Origin: an uncultured Thiotrichaceae bacterium
GTDB lineage: Bacteria > Pseudomonadota > Gammaproteobacteria > SZUA-229
Direction of reading: 5' to 3'
DNA length: 64,000 nucleotides
NCBI GenBank assembly: GCA_964531165.1
Contig: CAZHEA010000008.1
Location: 140-64,139 of the forward strand
Positions 32,310 to 43,002 of this stretch are shown in pieces; position 1 is the stretch's first letter, and each line of letters opens with the position of its first letter. The translations under genes and the position numbers were made by a program. The notes under the pieces were generated by a model. The model ran no database searches. It saw nothing but the letters and a program-made list of their open reading frames with translations, and was not told the origin of the DNA.

Positions 32310-33033
32310 ACAATATGCTGTTGCTTTTAAACTCATCAAACAGGTCCTTCCAGTTAGCCGGCATCTCAACCTCATGCGGTTGCTGTAGCACCTTTATATA
32401 GTCATCACGCGCGATCATCTTCGCGCCCAGACGTTGCAGATGTTCGGTATATACCTGCGAATCAATCAATTTAAATCCGTGCAGCTGTAAAAACCGACAC
32501 AGGTGAACCAGCGCTATTTTAGATGCATTGCTCGCACGGCTGAACATCGACTCACCGCAAAATACCTGTCCGGTATGAATGCCGTATAAGCCCCCCACCA
32601 GCTCATCGCCATCCCAGCATTCCACGCAATGGGCCTGTCCTGCTTTATGCATATCGATATAAGCCTGACGCATTTCATCGGTAATCCAGGTGCCGGGCTG
32701 ATCTTTTCGTGGCTGTGTTTCACAGGCAGAAATAACCTGCTCAAATGCGCTATCCATACGAACTTCAAAGGCGGTGTTGCGGACGTTTTTTGCCAGACTG
32801 CGGGAAATTTTTAACTGTTCGGGATCGAGTACAAAGCGCGGGTCAGGTGACCACCATAAAACCGGTTCACCGGGGCTGTACCAGGGAAAAATGCCCGACT
32901 GATAAGCACGGATCAGGCGTTCAAGTGATAGGTCACCGCCAGCAGCCAGTAAGCCATCAGGTTCGGTGAGGGCCGTTTGTAGTGGTGGAAATTCAGCGCT
33001 CGAATCCGGATCTAGCCATTGTAATGAGATCAT
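32290..33033 (-). CDS. aat: Leucyl/phenylalanyl-tRNA--protein transferase
   Basis: FPWYS...P.LWWSP.PR and GGLYG......F.GESMFS motifs. Confidence 0.9.
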   Translation of the reverse strand: MISLQWLDPDSSAEFPPLQTALTEPDGLLAAGGDLSLERLIRAYQSGIFPWYSPGEPVLWWSPDPRFVLDPEQLKISRSLAKNVRNTAFEVRMDSAFEQVISACETQPRKDQPGTWITDEMRQAYIDMHKAGQAHCVECWDGDELVGGLYGIHTGQVFCGESMFSRASNASKIALVHLCRFLQLHGFKLIDSQVYTEHLQRLGAKMIARDDYIKVLQQPHEVEMPANWKDLFDEFKSNSILSANERK

Positions 33034-33096
33034 CAGCGAAGTGTAAAAGAGCTGCTACACTAAAACAATAACAATGATAATTTTCAGGTAAATTAA

Positions 33097-33897
33097 ATGC
33101 ATGAAAAATCTTTAGCTGAGCTTTATGTGCTGATGGTTGAACCATCCAGGTCACAGGCAAAATTTATTCATCGTGAATTAAAAGGCGCGGGTATTACGCA
33201 TTTCGATGTTGCGATAGACGGAGAATCTGCATTACATAGTATTTTGAAGTTTAGCCCCGACCTGGTAATCAGTGCCATGCATTTGCCAGATATGACAGCA
33301 ACTGATTTAGTTCACAGAATACGCGAAGATGAAAATTTAAAAGATGTGGCCTTTATGCTGATCTCCAGCGAAACCGGTTTTGATTATATCGACCCGATTA
33401 AGCAGGCGGGTGTTACCGGTATTTTACCCAAACCGTTTTCCTCAGAGCAGTTAAAGCGTGGTCTGTATAATACGCTGGATATTTTAAAGCCAAACGCAAT
33501 GCAGTTTGATGAGTTTAATGCGGAAGACTTAAAAGTGTTAATAGTTGATGACAGCACCATGGCTAGAAATCATATTAAACGAGTATTAAAAGGTCTAGGT
33601 ATCGAAAATATAACCGAAGCTGATGATGGTGCGAATGCGGTACCATTATTGGATGAGTACTTTTTTGATTTCGTGGTTACCGATTACAATATGCCAAAAA
33701 TGGATGGCAAAGCATTGCTCGAGCATATTCGCAGCAACAGTAACCAGCGTTCAATTCCGGTACTAATGGTGACATCTGAAGGTAATATGGGTAATTTGGC
33801 AGCGGTGGAGCAGGCGGGTGTGTCCGGGATTTGTGATAAGCCTTTTGAAAGTGATACTGTGCGAGCGATGATTCAAACTATGTTGTCGGATGTTTAG
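33097..33897 (+). CDS. Response regulator with two receiver domains (degenerate REC + CheY-like REC), no output domain
   Basis: REC2 has DD, TDYNMPKMDG, VTSE and DKPF. REC1 has EP in place of DD and SAMHLPDM in place of the D..MP motif. Confidence 0.85.
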   Translation: MHEKSLAELYVLMVEPSRSQAKFIHRELKGAGITHFDVAIDGESALHSILKFSPDLVISAMHLPDMTATDLVHRIREDENLKDVAFMLISSETGFDYIDPIKQAGVTGILPKPFSSEQLKRGLYNTLDILKPNAMQFDEFNAEDLKVLIVDDSTMARNHIKRVLKGLGIENITEADDGANAVPLLDEYFFDFVVTDYNMPKMDGKALLEHIRSNSNQRSIPVLMVTSEGNMGNLAAVEQAGVSGICDKPFESDTVRAMIQTMLSDV

Positions 33898-34038
33898 CGG
33901 CTAGTCAGTCGGAATAGATTCAAGTTAAACACCGCACAGTGTTTTCAGGTATAATTTATTAAAGTGTAAACCCTATTATTTAAATATGGGTGCTTCTTCT
34001 TATAATTAATTCAAAAGTACTTAATATTTACTCTCTTC

Positions 34039-35370
34039 ATGCGTAAACACATCAAACACTCCGGTCGTTGGCTTATCTCTCATAAAGACTGGAAAGCTAA
34101 TTTTATTTTTATGCTCGGTGGTACCGCAGTTGGTTTAGTCGCGGTATTTATGGCGGTGTCCAGTGAATGGGCTAATCATACGTTTTTTCATATTGTTGAA
34201 AAAAATAGTTATCTGCCTTTTATTATTTCACCAGTTGGTTTAATTCTGATTGTTTTTTTAACGCGAAAATTTTTCCCCGGCTCAGAAGGCAGTGGTATTC
34301 CACAGGTAGTTGCTACCCTTGAGTTGGGCCATAAAGATGAGCGCAGTGTTCTGCTCACTATGCGTATTGCCTTTGGTAAAGTGATGTTGTGTATTTTAGG
34401 CTTATTAAGTGGCGCATCCATCGGCCGTGAAGGTCCAACTGTGCATGTGGGTGCCGCAATAATGTTCTCCATGCGCCGCTTTGTGCGTTTTCGTGACTTT
34501 GATATGGAACGTGCATTAATCATTACCGGTGGTGCTGCTGGTGTTGCCGCCGCATTTAATACACCATTGGCTGGAATTGTTTTTGCCATTGAAGAACTCA
34601 GTCGTTCGTTTGAAGTGCGCACCCGGGGCCTGGTGTTAGCCGGTGTCGTCACCTCGGCGATTGTGGCGATTGCTTTTTTAGATAATTATACTTATTTTGG
34701 TACTACCAGTCCTTCCATTGATCTGACTCATGCGATAGTGCCAGTGCTGGTTTGCGGAGTTGTTTGTGGTTTGTTAGGTGGCGTTTTCAGTTTAATGCTC
34801 ATTCACGGTAGCCGCTGGGTTTCACCATTTAGAAATAATAATCCATATGTGGTTGCGGGTTTATGTGGTTTGGGTATTGCAGTTATCGGATTTTATTCCG
34901 GCCATTTAACCTATGGCAGTGGTTATGCAGAAGCTAAAGCCATTATGGAAAATACCGGCGAAATTGGTGCCAGTTATGGTTACCTGAAATTATTAGCAAC
35001 AGCAACTTCGTATTTAAGTGGAATTCCAGGTGGTATATTCGCACCGTCTTTAGCGACCGGCGCAGGGATTGGTGTGCACATTTCTGAATGGCTAACAAAC
35101 TATCCTTATGGTGCAATTATTTTATTTGCAATGGTTGGTTATTTTTCAGGCGTAGTACAGGCCCCGATTACAGCATTTGTAATTGTCATGGAAATGACAG
35201 ATCAGCATGCATTGATTCTACCGCTGATGGTTACCGCCTATCTGGCGGCAGGTATTTCCAAATCGATTTGTAAAACACCGATTTATAGTACGTTAGCGGA
35301 TAATTTTTTGCCTGACCATAAAAAGATACATGGTGCTAAAGAAACGGCTGGCGAAAAACAAAAAGACTAA
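34039..35370 (+). CDS. ClC-family chloride channel/antiporter
   Basis: GSGIPQ, GREGP and GGIFAPS selectivity-filter motifs in a multi-TM protein. Confidence 0.9.
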   Translation: MRKHIKHSGRWLISHKDWKANFIFMLGGTAVGLVAVFMAVSSEWANHTFFHIVEKNSYLPFIISPVGLILIVFLTRKFFPGSEGSGIPQVVATLELGHKDERSVLLTMRIAFGKVMLCILGLLSGASIGREGPTVHVGAAIMFSMRRFVRFRDFDMERALIITGGAAGVAAAFNTPLAGIVFAIEELSRSFEVRTRGLVLAGVVTSAIVAIAFLDNYTYFGTTSPSIDLTHAIVPVLVCGVVCGLLGGVFSLMLIHGSRWVSPFRNNNPYVVAGLCGLGIAVIGFYSGHLTYGSGYAEAKAIMENTGEIGASYGYLKLLATATSYLSGIPGGIFAPSLATGAGIGVHISEWLTNYPYGAIILFAMVGYFSGVVQAPITAFVIVMEMTDQHALILPLMVTAYLAAGISKSICKTPIYSTLADNFLPDHKKIHGAKETAGEKQKD

Positions 35371-35382
35371 CGCTAATTAACG

Positions 35383-36507
35383 CTAGTCTTTTTGTTTTTC
35401 TTTAAATGGCGAGGCTGCAATAAGCTGTTTACCATATTCGTTCAGTGCAGATGATTCCTGCTGTAAGTGCTGCGCCAGTATGCGGTTAAATTCAGTGTGA
35501 TTTACCTGATGTGCCGACCAGGTTTTAACCGGTAAAAAACCGCGTGAAATTTTATGTTCACCCTGTGCGCCGGGTTCAAATGTTTTTAAGCCGTTATTAA
35601 TGCAGTATTCGATGCCGGTGTAATAGCAGACTTCAAAATGCAGGCTGTCATATTCTTCAAGGCAGCCCCAGTGTCTACCATATAGCGTGTCTTTACCTTC
35701 TATGCATATAGCGCCCGCCACTACTTCGTCGTTATAATAGGCAAATATAATAAGCAATGTTTTTGCAATGGATTTAAAGAAATCAAGGCTTAAAGTAGGG
35801 GCGCCTGATTTTTTCATAAAAGTAATTTTATAAAAGTAGTAAATTTTCTGCCATTGCTCGTTGTTTAGATCACTGCCGTTAAATGTTTTAATATCAATGT
35901 TCTGGTCACGAACTTTGCGCCGTTCCTGCTTTATGTTTTTTCGTTTTTTTGGTTTTAGCTCAGCCAGAAAGTCATCAAAACTTTTATAGTTATTGTTGTG
36001 CCAGTGAAACTGATAATCGAATCGTTGCAAGTCTGTGTGTTGTTTTAAAACCTCAAAATCATCAGTCAGATTAAATAGCCAGTGAGTGCCTGAGTAATTG
36101 TTTTTAGTGGAAAAATCCAGTGCAAATTTAATTAAAGTGCTTTTTATTGTCGAATCGTTATTTTCAGCCAGAATTCTTGGGCCCTGACAGGGAGAGTAGG
36201 GGATGGCGATGACGAGTTTTGGATAATAGTTTACTCCTGAGCGCTTATAGGCATCAGCCCAGGCCCAGTCAAAAACAAACTCCCCATAGGAATTATGTTT
36301 TTCATAAGCGGGCATGGCGCCTATTAATTCATTCTTATCATTGTGGATTAGAAAATATTTTGGTAACCAGCCAAACTTTTCCAGGCATTGTCCGGTTTCG
36401 AAAGCCAGTAAAAAGTCATGTTGTATGAATGGGTTTTTATCTCCGGCGATATTATTCCATTGTTTGGCTGGAATGTTTTTGAGGGAGTTTATTATACTGA
36501 GTTGCAT
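35383..36507 (-). CDS. FemAB-like / DUF482 GNAT-fold acyltransferase family protein
   Basis: NPFIQHDFL.AFE......GW.P......., Y.K.HSYGEFVFDWAWADAY and YYPKL...PYSP..GPR are characteristic of this family. Confidence 0.7.
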   Translation of the reverse strand: MQLSIINSLKNIPAKQWNNIAGDKNPFIQHDFLLAFETGQCLEKFGWLPKYFLIHNDKNELIGAMPAYEKHNSYGEFVFDWAWADAYKRSGVNYYPKLVIAIPYSPCQGPRILAENNDSTIKSTLIKFALDFSTKNNYSGTHWLFNLTDDFEVLKQHTDLQRFDYQFHWHNNNYKSFDDFLAELKPKKRKNIKQERRKVRDQNIDIKTFNGSDLNNEQWQKIYYFYKITFMKKSGAPTLSLDFFKSIAKTLLIIFAYYNDEVVAGAICIEGKDTLYGRHWGCLEEYDSLHFEVCYYTGIEYCINNGLKTFEPGAQGEHKISRGFLPVKTWSAHQVNHTEFNRILAQHLQQESSALNEYGKQLIAASPFKEKQKD

Positions 36508-36575
36508 GCTATATTCGATTAGTGTGCTTTAAACAGTTGCCGGGAGAAGCCTGGAATTTTATCAGATTTGGTAAG

Positions 36576-36986
36576 TCAGTTAAATAAGGAATACAGTTCG
36601 GTCTCTTCTTTTTCTATGCGAGTTAACAGAGCATTAATGATTGTTTTAGTATCGTTAACATAGTCTGCCGGATTGTGTTGAATATTTTCTTTAGACAGAT
36701 ATTTGTTTTTGTAATCTGCATAGGCGCTGGTGGTTTCCAGTAGTTCGTTGCGCATGGAGATAGAGGTATTTTTGATTAGTGAGTTTTTATGGGAAAGAAG
36801 TTGAGGGTATAAATTTTCATCTTCTGATTGTAGGTGCAGCGATAAAATATTATCTAAAGTGGTAAATATTTTTAAAACAAATTCAGGATCCTGTTTCACT
36901 TCATCAATGGTGCCGAGTGATAGTAATTGCTTACATAGTGTAATAATGATTTTATGCTGGCTTTGGTAGCGCTTAATAATGTTCAT
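36576..36986 (-). CDS. Hemerythrin-like (HHE cation-binding) domain protein
   Basis: 136 aa helical protein with H...E..LYP.LL-type spacing. This is a weak family-level call. Confidence 0.5.
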   Translation of the reverse strand: MNIIKRYQSQHKIIITLCKQLLSLGTIDEVKQDPEFVLKIFTTLDNILSLHLQSEDENLYPQLLSHKNSLIKNTSISMRNELLETTSAYADYKNKYLSKENIQHNPADYVNDTKTIINALLTRIEKEETELYSLFN

Positions 36987-37001
36987 GAACTTCCTTATTA
37001 T

Positions 37002-37055
37002 ATTGTATTTAATCAGGTGTTATGTAACAGGAGCCTGGACCTGATTAAATACAAT
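37002..37055. promoter_or_regulatory. Perfect 17-bp inverted repeat with 20-nt spacer between trxB and the hemerythrin-like gene
   Basis: ATTGTATTTAATCAGGT (37002-37018) is the exact reverse complement of ACCTGATTAAATACAAT (37039-37055). Confidence 0.7.
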
Positions 37056-37064
37056 TATAGACGA

Positions 37065-38048
<984 letters not shown>

Positions 38049-38370
38049 TTAAGTGTATAGCTTGAATTTTTAGTATTGGTAAATTTGGCGGTATTCTAGC
38101 AAAAGAATCTTAAGGCGTCCTTAGACAATAGATTCAATGTTAAGATTTTTCTCAGTTCTATTAAATCTCCCCCAGCCCCTCTTTTACTCAGAGGGGAGTA
38201 ACAGCCTCCTCCTTAGAAAAAGGGGATTTACACATGAGGTAGAAGGAGGGCGCAATCAGCCACTATAGAGTTCTGCGTTATGCTGTTATACTTCCGCGAA
38301 GGTAAAAATGCGTTTTTAATCAACGAATTGTACTAAATATTTAAACTCATATTTTATAGGATAGAACACA

Positions 38371-40722
38371 TTGGCACAGGCGCGCCGTAAAAAAGATGAT
38401 AACCAGTTAAACAGTCTTTCCGGGCTGACGATCCACATTAATCGTGGCCTGCGTGAAGCGGCCCTGTTTATTCTGCTGGCTATTGCCTTATTTATTCTAA
38501 CTGCTCTGGTAACCCATAATATTCAGGATCCGGGCTGGTCCTATTCGGGTCCGTCTTCCAGTATTCACAATTTAGCGGGGGTGGTTGGAGCCTGGTTCTC
38601 CGATGTGCTGTATTCCCTGTTTGGTTACCTGAGTTACCTGTTTCCGGTGATGATTGCTTACAGCGGCTGGCTAGTGCTGCGTGAGCGTACTGAAGAGGGT
38701 GAAATTGATTTTCGGGTACTGGGCATTCGCTGGCTGGGCTTTTTTATGACCCTGGCAACCGGCTGTGCATTAATTAGTCTGCATTTTGTGATTCCACCCG
38801 ATACCCTGCCCAATAATGATGGTGGCGGTATTTTGGGCTTGTGGATTGGTGATGGAATGGCAGCTGCACTCGGCGTGCTGGGTTCAACCTTAATTTTACT
38901 GGCGGTTTTTTTAGCGGGCATTACGGTATTCACCGGCCTGTCATGGCTGCGTTTAATGGATATGATTGGTGATGGTCTGCTGAATAGTTTTGAGTGGCTG
39001 CAGTCCAAAGTTAAGGCCTATAAAGAATTACGTGAAGAAAAGAAAGAGGGCGAAATTGCCCGTGAAAGCCGTGAAACTCGCGTCAAGGCCGAAACCATTA
39101 AGAAAGAGGCGCGCAAAAAGCCGGTGCGTATTGAGCCGGTCATTAATAAAGTAGAAGTCAGTGAGCGCCACTCCAGAGAAAGCCAGATCTCACTGTTTGA
39201 GGATACTAGCGGCGCCGATACTGAGTTGCCACCGTTGCGTTTATTAGATGAAGCGGTTCGTTCTGGTAAAGGTTTGTCCACCGATGCACTGGAAGCGCTT
39301 TCGCGATTAGTCGAAATTAAACTTAAAGATTTTAATATCGATGTGGAAGTGATGGCGGTACACCCGGGGCCGGTGATTACGCGTTTTGAAATGCAGCCGG
39401 CCGCCGGTGTAAAAGCCAGTAAAATTACCGCATTGTCAAAAGACCTGGCTCGCTCATTATCAGTACAGTCAGTGCGGGTAGTGGAAGTCATTCCAGGGAA
39501 AACGTATGTGGGTCTGGAAATTCCAAATGAGCACAAAGAGATTGTTTCGCTAAGCGAAATTTTAATGTCTAAAGCCTACGATAAAACCTCTTCGCCGTTA
39601 ACGGTAGCGTTGGGTAAAGATATTTCAGGCCAGCCAATGGTGGCAGATCTAGGTAAGATGCCGCATTTGTTAGTCGCTGGAACCACCGGCTCGGGTAAAT
39701 CTGTGGGTATTAATACCATGTTAATTAGCCTGCTATATAAGAGTACGCCGGAGGAAGTGCGGCTAATATTAATTGACCCGAAAATGTTAGAGTTGAATGT
39801 TTACGATAACATCCCGCATTTATTAACGCCCGTTGTCACTGACATGAGTGAAGCCGCGAATGCCCTGCGTTGGGCAGTGGGGGAAATGGAAAATCGTTAT
39901 AAACTAATGGCGTCGCTGGGGGTGAGAAATATCGCCGGCTATAATAAAAAAGTATTAGAAGCCATTGAAGCGGGCGAGCCAATTAAAGATCCGTTATTTG
40001 TAAAAGATGAATTACTGGGTGGCGATGCCGAAGCACAGGATTTAAAAGCCCTGCCTTTTATTGTCGTCGTCGTCGATGAATTTGCCGACTTAGTTATGGT
40101 CGTGGGTAAAAAAATAGAAGAGTTAATTGCGCGCCTCGCACAAAAAGCTCGCGCTTCCGGTATTCATTTAATACTCGCCACTCAACGTCCCTCGGTGGAT
40201 GTGATAACCGGCTTAATTAAATCCAATATTCCGAGTCGCATTGCGTTTCAGGTTTCATCAAAAGTTGATTCGCGAACTATTTTAGATCAGATGGGTGCCG
40301 AGCAATTACTCGGCCACGGTGATATGTTATTTATGAATGCGGGTAGCAGTATCCCCGAGCGGGTGCATGGCGCATTTGTTGATGACCACGAAGTGCATGC
40401 GGTATGTGAGCATATTCGGGCACAGGCTAAACCTAATTACATTGAAAATCTAATTCATGATAATAGTGATGTGATTAAGTTACCCGGTGAAGGTCCCGCG
40501 CTGGGCGCAGGGGAAGCGGAAAGTGATGTGCTTTATGATGAAGCCGTTAAAATTGTCACCGAATCGGGCAAAGCCTCTATCTCTTATGTGCAGCGGCGTT
40601 TAAAAGTCGGTTACAACCGTGCAGCGCGAATGGTCGAAGATATGGAGGCGGCGGGTGTTGTTACTGCAATGCAGTCGAACGGGCAGCGTGAAGTGCTGGC
40701 GCCACCTCCGCCAGAGTACTGA
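38371..40722 (+). CDS. ftsK: DNA translocase FtsK
   Basis: N-terminal TM segments, a linker, Walker A GTTGSGKSV, Walker B VVVVDEFADL, and a C-terminal winged-helix gamma domain. TTG start. Confidence 0.95.
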   Translation: MAQARRKKDDNQLNSLSGLTIHINRGLREAALFILLAIALFILTALVTHNIQDPGWSYSGPSSSIHNLAGVVGAWFSDVLYSLFGYLSYLFPVMIAYSGWLVLRERTEEGEIDFRVLGIRWLGFFMTLATGCALISLHFVIPPDTLPNNDGGGILGLWIGDGMAAALGVLGSTLILLAVFLAGITVFTGLSWLRLMDMIGDGLLNSFEWLQSKVKAYKELREEKKEGEIARESRETRVKAETIKKEARKKPVRIEPVINKVEVSERHSRESQISLFEDTSGADTELPPLRLLDEAVRSGKGLSTDALEALSRLVEIKLKDFNIDVEVMAVHPGPVITRFEMQPAAGVKASKITALSKDLARSLSVQSVRVVEVIPGKTYVGLEIPNEHKEIVSLSEILMSKAYDKTSSPLTVALGKDISGQPMVADLGKMPHLLVAGTTGSGKSVGINTMLISLLYKSTPEEVRLILIDPKMLELNVYDNIPHLLTPVVTDMSEAANALRWAVGEMENRYKLMASLGVRNIAGYNKKVLEAIEAGEPIKDPLFVKDELLGGDAEAQDLKALPFIVVVVDEFADLVMVVGKKIEELIARLAQKARASGIHLILATQRPSVDVITGLIKSNIPSRIAFQVSSKVDSRTILDQMGAEQLLGHGDMLFMNAGSSIPERVHGAFVDDHEVHAVCEHIRAQAKPNYIENLIHDNSDVIKLPGEGPALGAGEAESDVLYDEAVKIVTESGKASISYVQRRLKVGYNRAARMVEDMEAAGVVTAMQSNGQREVLAPPPPEY

Positions 40723-40747
40723 TTAAAAAATTGAATCAGTACTCTGG
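40711..40747 (+). terminator. 14-bp perfect hairpin spanning the ftsK stop codon
   Basis: CCAGAGTACTGATT (40711-40724) pairs with AATCAGTACTCTGG (40734-40747). No clear U-tract follows. Confidence 0.45.
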
Positions 40748-40846
40748 CGAGTTGCGATTTAGCTTAACAATATTTTTATTATTGGCACAAGTATTCGAAA
40801 ATAATGCAGTTTCTGCTGATTTTTAGATTAAAGGTAAAATTAAAAC

Positions 40847-41470
40847 ATGCTCAAAAAGTTATTTACATTCGGCTTACTGCTTATCAGCTTCAACCTGTTG
40901 GCAAAAGATATTGCTACGCAAATTGAATTGGAAAAATTTCTCGACAGCACGTCCAGTTTATCCGCGCGCTTTCAGCAAAAATTAGTTGATAAATATGGCT
41001 ATCTGTTGCAGCAGTCAGCCGGTGACTTAAGTATGCAGCGCCCGGGAAAATTTCGCTGGGATTACATTTTACCTTACCCACAAAATATTATTTCTAATGG
41101 TAAAAAAATCTGGATGTATGACTCAGAGCTTGAGCAGGCGAATGTGCGTGCTTATGATCAGGTGTTAGCATCTTCACCGGTTAACCTGTTGGACAAAAAT
41201 CAGAAGTTAAATATTGAGTTTATTGTTAGCTCAATGCCGGAAGAGTATGGCCAGCACTGGGTTAAACTTACGCCTAAGGATAGTGGCAATGATTTTAAGG
41301 AAATGCAGGTAGGGCTACAGAATGGAAAAATTAAAACCATGCGCTTCATTGATAATTTTGAGCAAACAACTGAAATTGAATTTGAGCAGATGGTGGTGAA
41401 TCCGAAATTTAAAAGTAATTACTTTGAGTTTGTTGCGCCAGAAGGTACCGATGTTGTTGGAGATTTTTAA
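40847..41470 (+). CDS. lolA: Outer-membrane lipoprotein carrier LolA
   Basis: Signal peptide, the F.Q......G.L...RPGKFRW.Y motif, and the ftsK-lolA-rarA synteny. Confidence 0.9.
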   Translation: MLKKLFTFGLLLISFNLLAKDIATQIELEKFLDSTSSLSARFQQKLVDKYGYLLQQSAGDLSMQRPGKFRWDYILPYPQNIISNGKKIWMYDSELEQANVRAYDQVLASSPVNLLDKNQKLNIEFIVSSMPEEYGQHWVKLTPKDSGNDFKEMQVGLQNGKIKTMRFIDNFEQTTEIEFEQMVVNPKFKSNYFEFVAPEGTDVVGDF

Positions 41471-41528
41471 TTTTAACTAGCGTGTCTATTGCCGTGTGTT
41501 TTCTTATTTATTTTTACATAACCGAATA

Positions 41529-42830
41529 ATGTCCAATAATAACTACCAGCCATTAGCCGACAGAATTAGACCAGATCAACTTGATGACTATCTGGGGCAA
41601 AGTCACATCCTCGGCAAAGACAAACCCCTGCGGGTAGCAATCGAAACCGGCAAACTACATTCGATGATTTTCTGGGGCCCTCCAGGCACAGGAAAAACGA
41701 CACTTGCTCGACTGATTTCAAATTATTCAGATGCACAGTTTTTATCCGTGTCGGCAGTTTTATCCGGCGTAAAAGATATCAGGGCAGCGATTGACAAAGC
41801 CCATCAGTTTTACGATGTGTATCAGAAACCCAGTATTTTATTTGTCGATGAAGTGCATCGCTTTAATAAATCCCAGCAGGATGCATTTTTGCCATTTGTA
41901 GAAGATGGCACGGTAAGCTTTATTGGTGCGACCACCGAAAACCCATCGTTTGAATTAAATAATGCGTTGTTATCACGCTGCAAAACCTATGTTTTAAAAT
42001 CGATTCAGGTAGATGAAATGAGTCGTTTGTTAAAGCGTGCGCTGCACGATAAAGCGTTGGGTTTAGGTGAGCGTAATGTCGCCATTGCCGATGATATGAT
42101 AGAGCTGATTGCTAGTCAGGCGGATGGTGATGCGCGCCGGGCATTAAATTTTCTTGAAATTGCAGTTGATCTGGCAACAGATGATAATGGTCAACTTAGC
42201 GTAAATGAAAATATTGTCCATGAAGTCACCTCGCAAACCCTGCGGCGCTTTGATAAAGGCGGTGATTTATTCTACGACCAGATTTCTGCTATGCATAAAT
42301 CAGTGCGCGGCAGTAATCCGGATGCGGCGCTTTACTGGATGTGCCGAATGCTTGATGGCGGTTGTGATCCTATTTATCTGGCGCGTCGAATTGTGCGCAT
42401 CGCATCTGAAGATATTGGTAATGCAGATCCACGTGGTTTAGAAATTGCGTTAAATGCCTGGCATACCTATGAGCGTTTAGGCAGCCCGGAAGGTGAGCTT
42501 GCATTAGCACAGGCGGTAAGCTATCTGGCCTGTGCACCAAAATCCAATGCGGTATATATGGCCTATAAGTCGGCAATGCAATTGGCTAAAGACAGTGGCT
42601 CGATGGATGTACCGACTCATTTGCGCAACGCGCCAACGAATTTAATGAAAGAGCTGGGCTATGGAAAAGATTACCGCTATGCACATGATGAAGCAGATGG
42701 TTTTGCGGCAGGGGAAACTTATTTTCCTGAAACAATGGGTGAGCAAGAAATATATCATCCAGTAAAGCGTGGGCTGGAAATAAAAATTAAAGAAAAGCTG
42801 GACTATTTACGCTCACTAAGTAAAAAATAA
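41529..42830 (+). CDS. rarA: Replication-associated recombination protein A
   Basis: PLADRIRP, Walker A GPPGTGKTT, and DEVHRFNK. ATG 41529 is preferred over the GTG 41496 used in the track. Confidence 0.95.
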   Translation: MSNNNYQPLADRIRPDQLDDYLGQSHILGKDKPLRVAIETGKLHSMIFWGPPGTGKTTLARLISNYSDAQFLSVSAVLSGVKDIRAAIDKAHQFYDVYQKPSILFVDEVHRFNKSQQDAFLPFVEDGTVSFIGATTENPSFELNNALLSRCKTYVLKSIQVDEMSRLLKRALHDKALGLGERNVAIADDMIELIASQADGDARRALNFLEIAVDLATDDNGQLSVNENIVHEVTSQTLRRFDKGGDLFYDQISAMHKSVRGSNPDAALYWMCRMLDGGCDPIYLARRIVRIASEDIGNADPRGLEIALNAWHTYERLGSPEGELALAQAVSYLACAPKSNAVYMAYKSAMQLAKDSGSMDVPTHLRNAPTNLMKELGYGKDYRYAHDEADGFAAGETYFPETMGEQEIYHPVKRGLEIKIKEKLDYLRSLSKK

Positions 42831-43002
42831 TTTTTTACAGATTATAAAAATTTAAAAGCAAACTTCGTATTACGAAAGGCTCCTGTCTACGTTCATTGTG
42901 CCAGGCAAAGCCTGTACGAAATTACTCCATGCGGTTTTATGCCGACGCATGCATTCAAAACGATATTTCCAATCTCTGTGAATGTCTCATGTTAAAGCTT
43001 CA

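Noticed and set aside
33898-34038. Fluoride riboswitch upstream of the ClC gene
   Set aside because: The leader does not contain the conserved crcB-motif elements as I recall them (a GGNGATG-like segment and CTGATGA).
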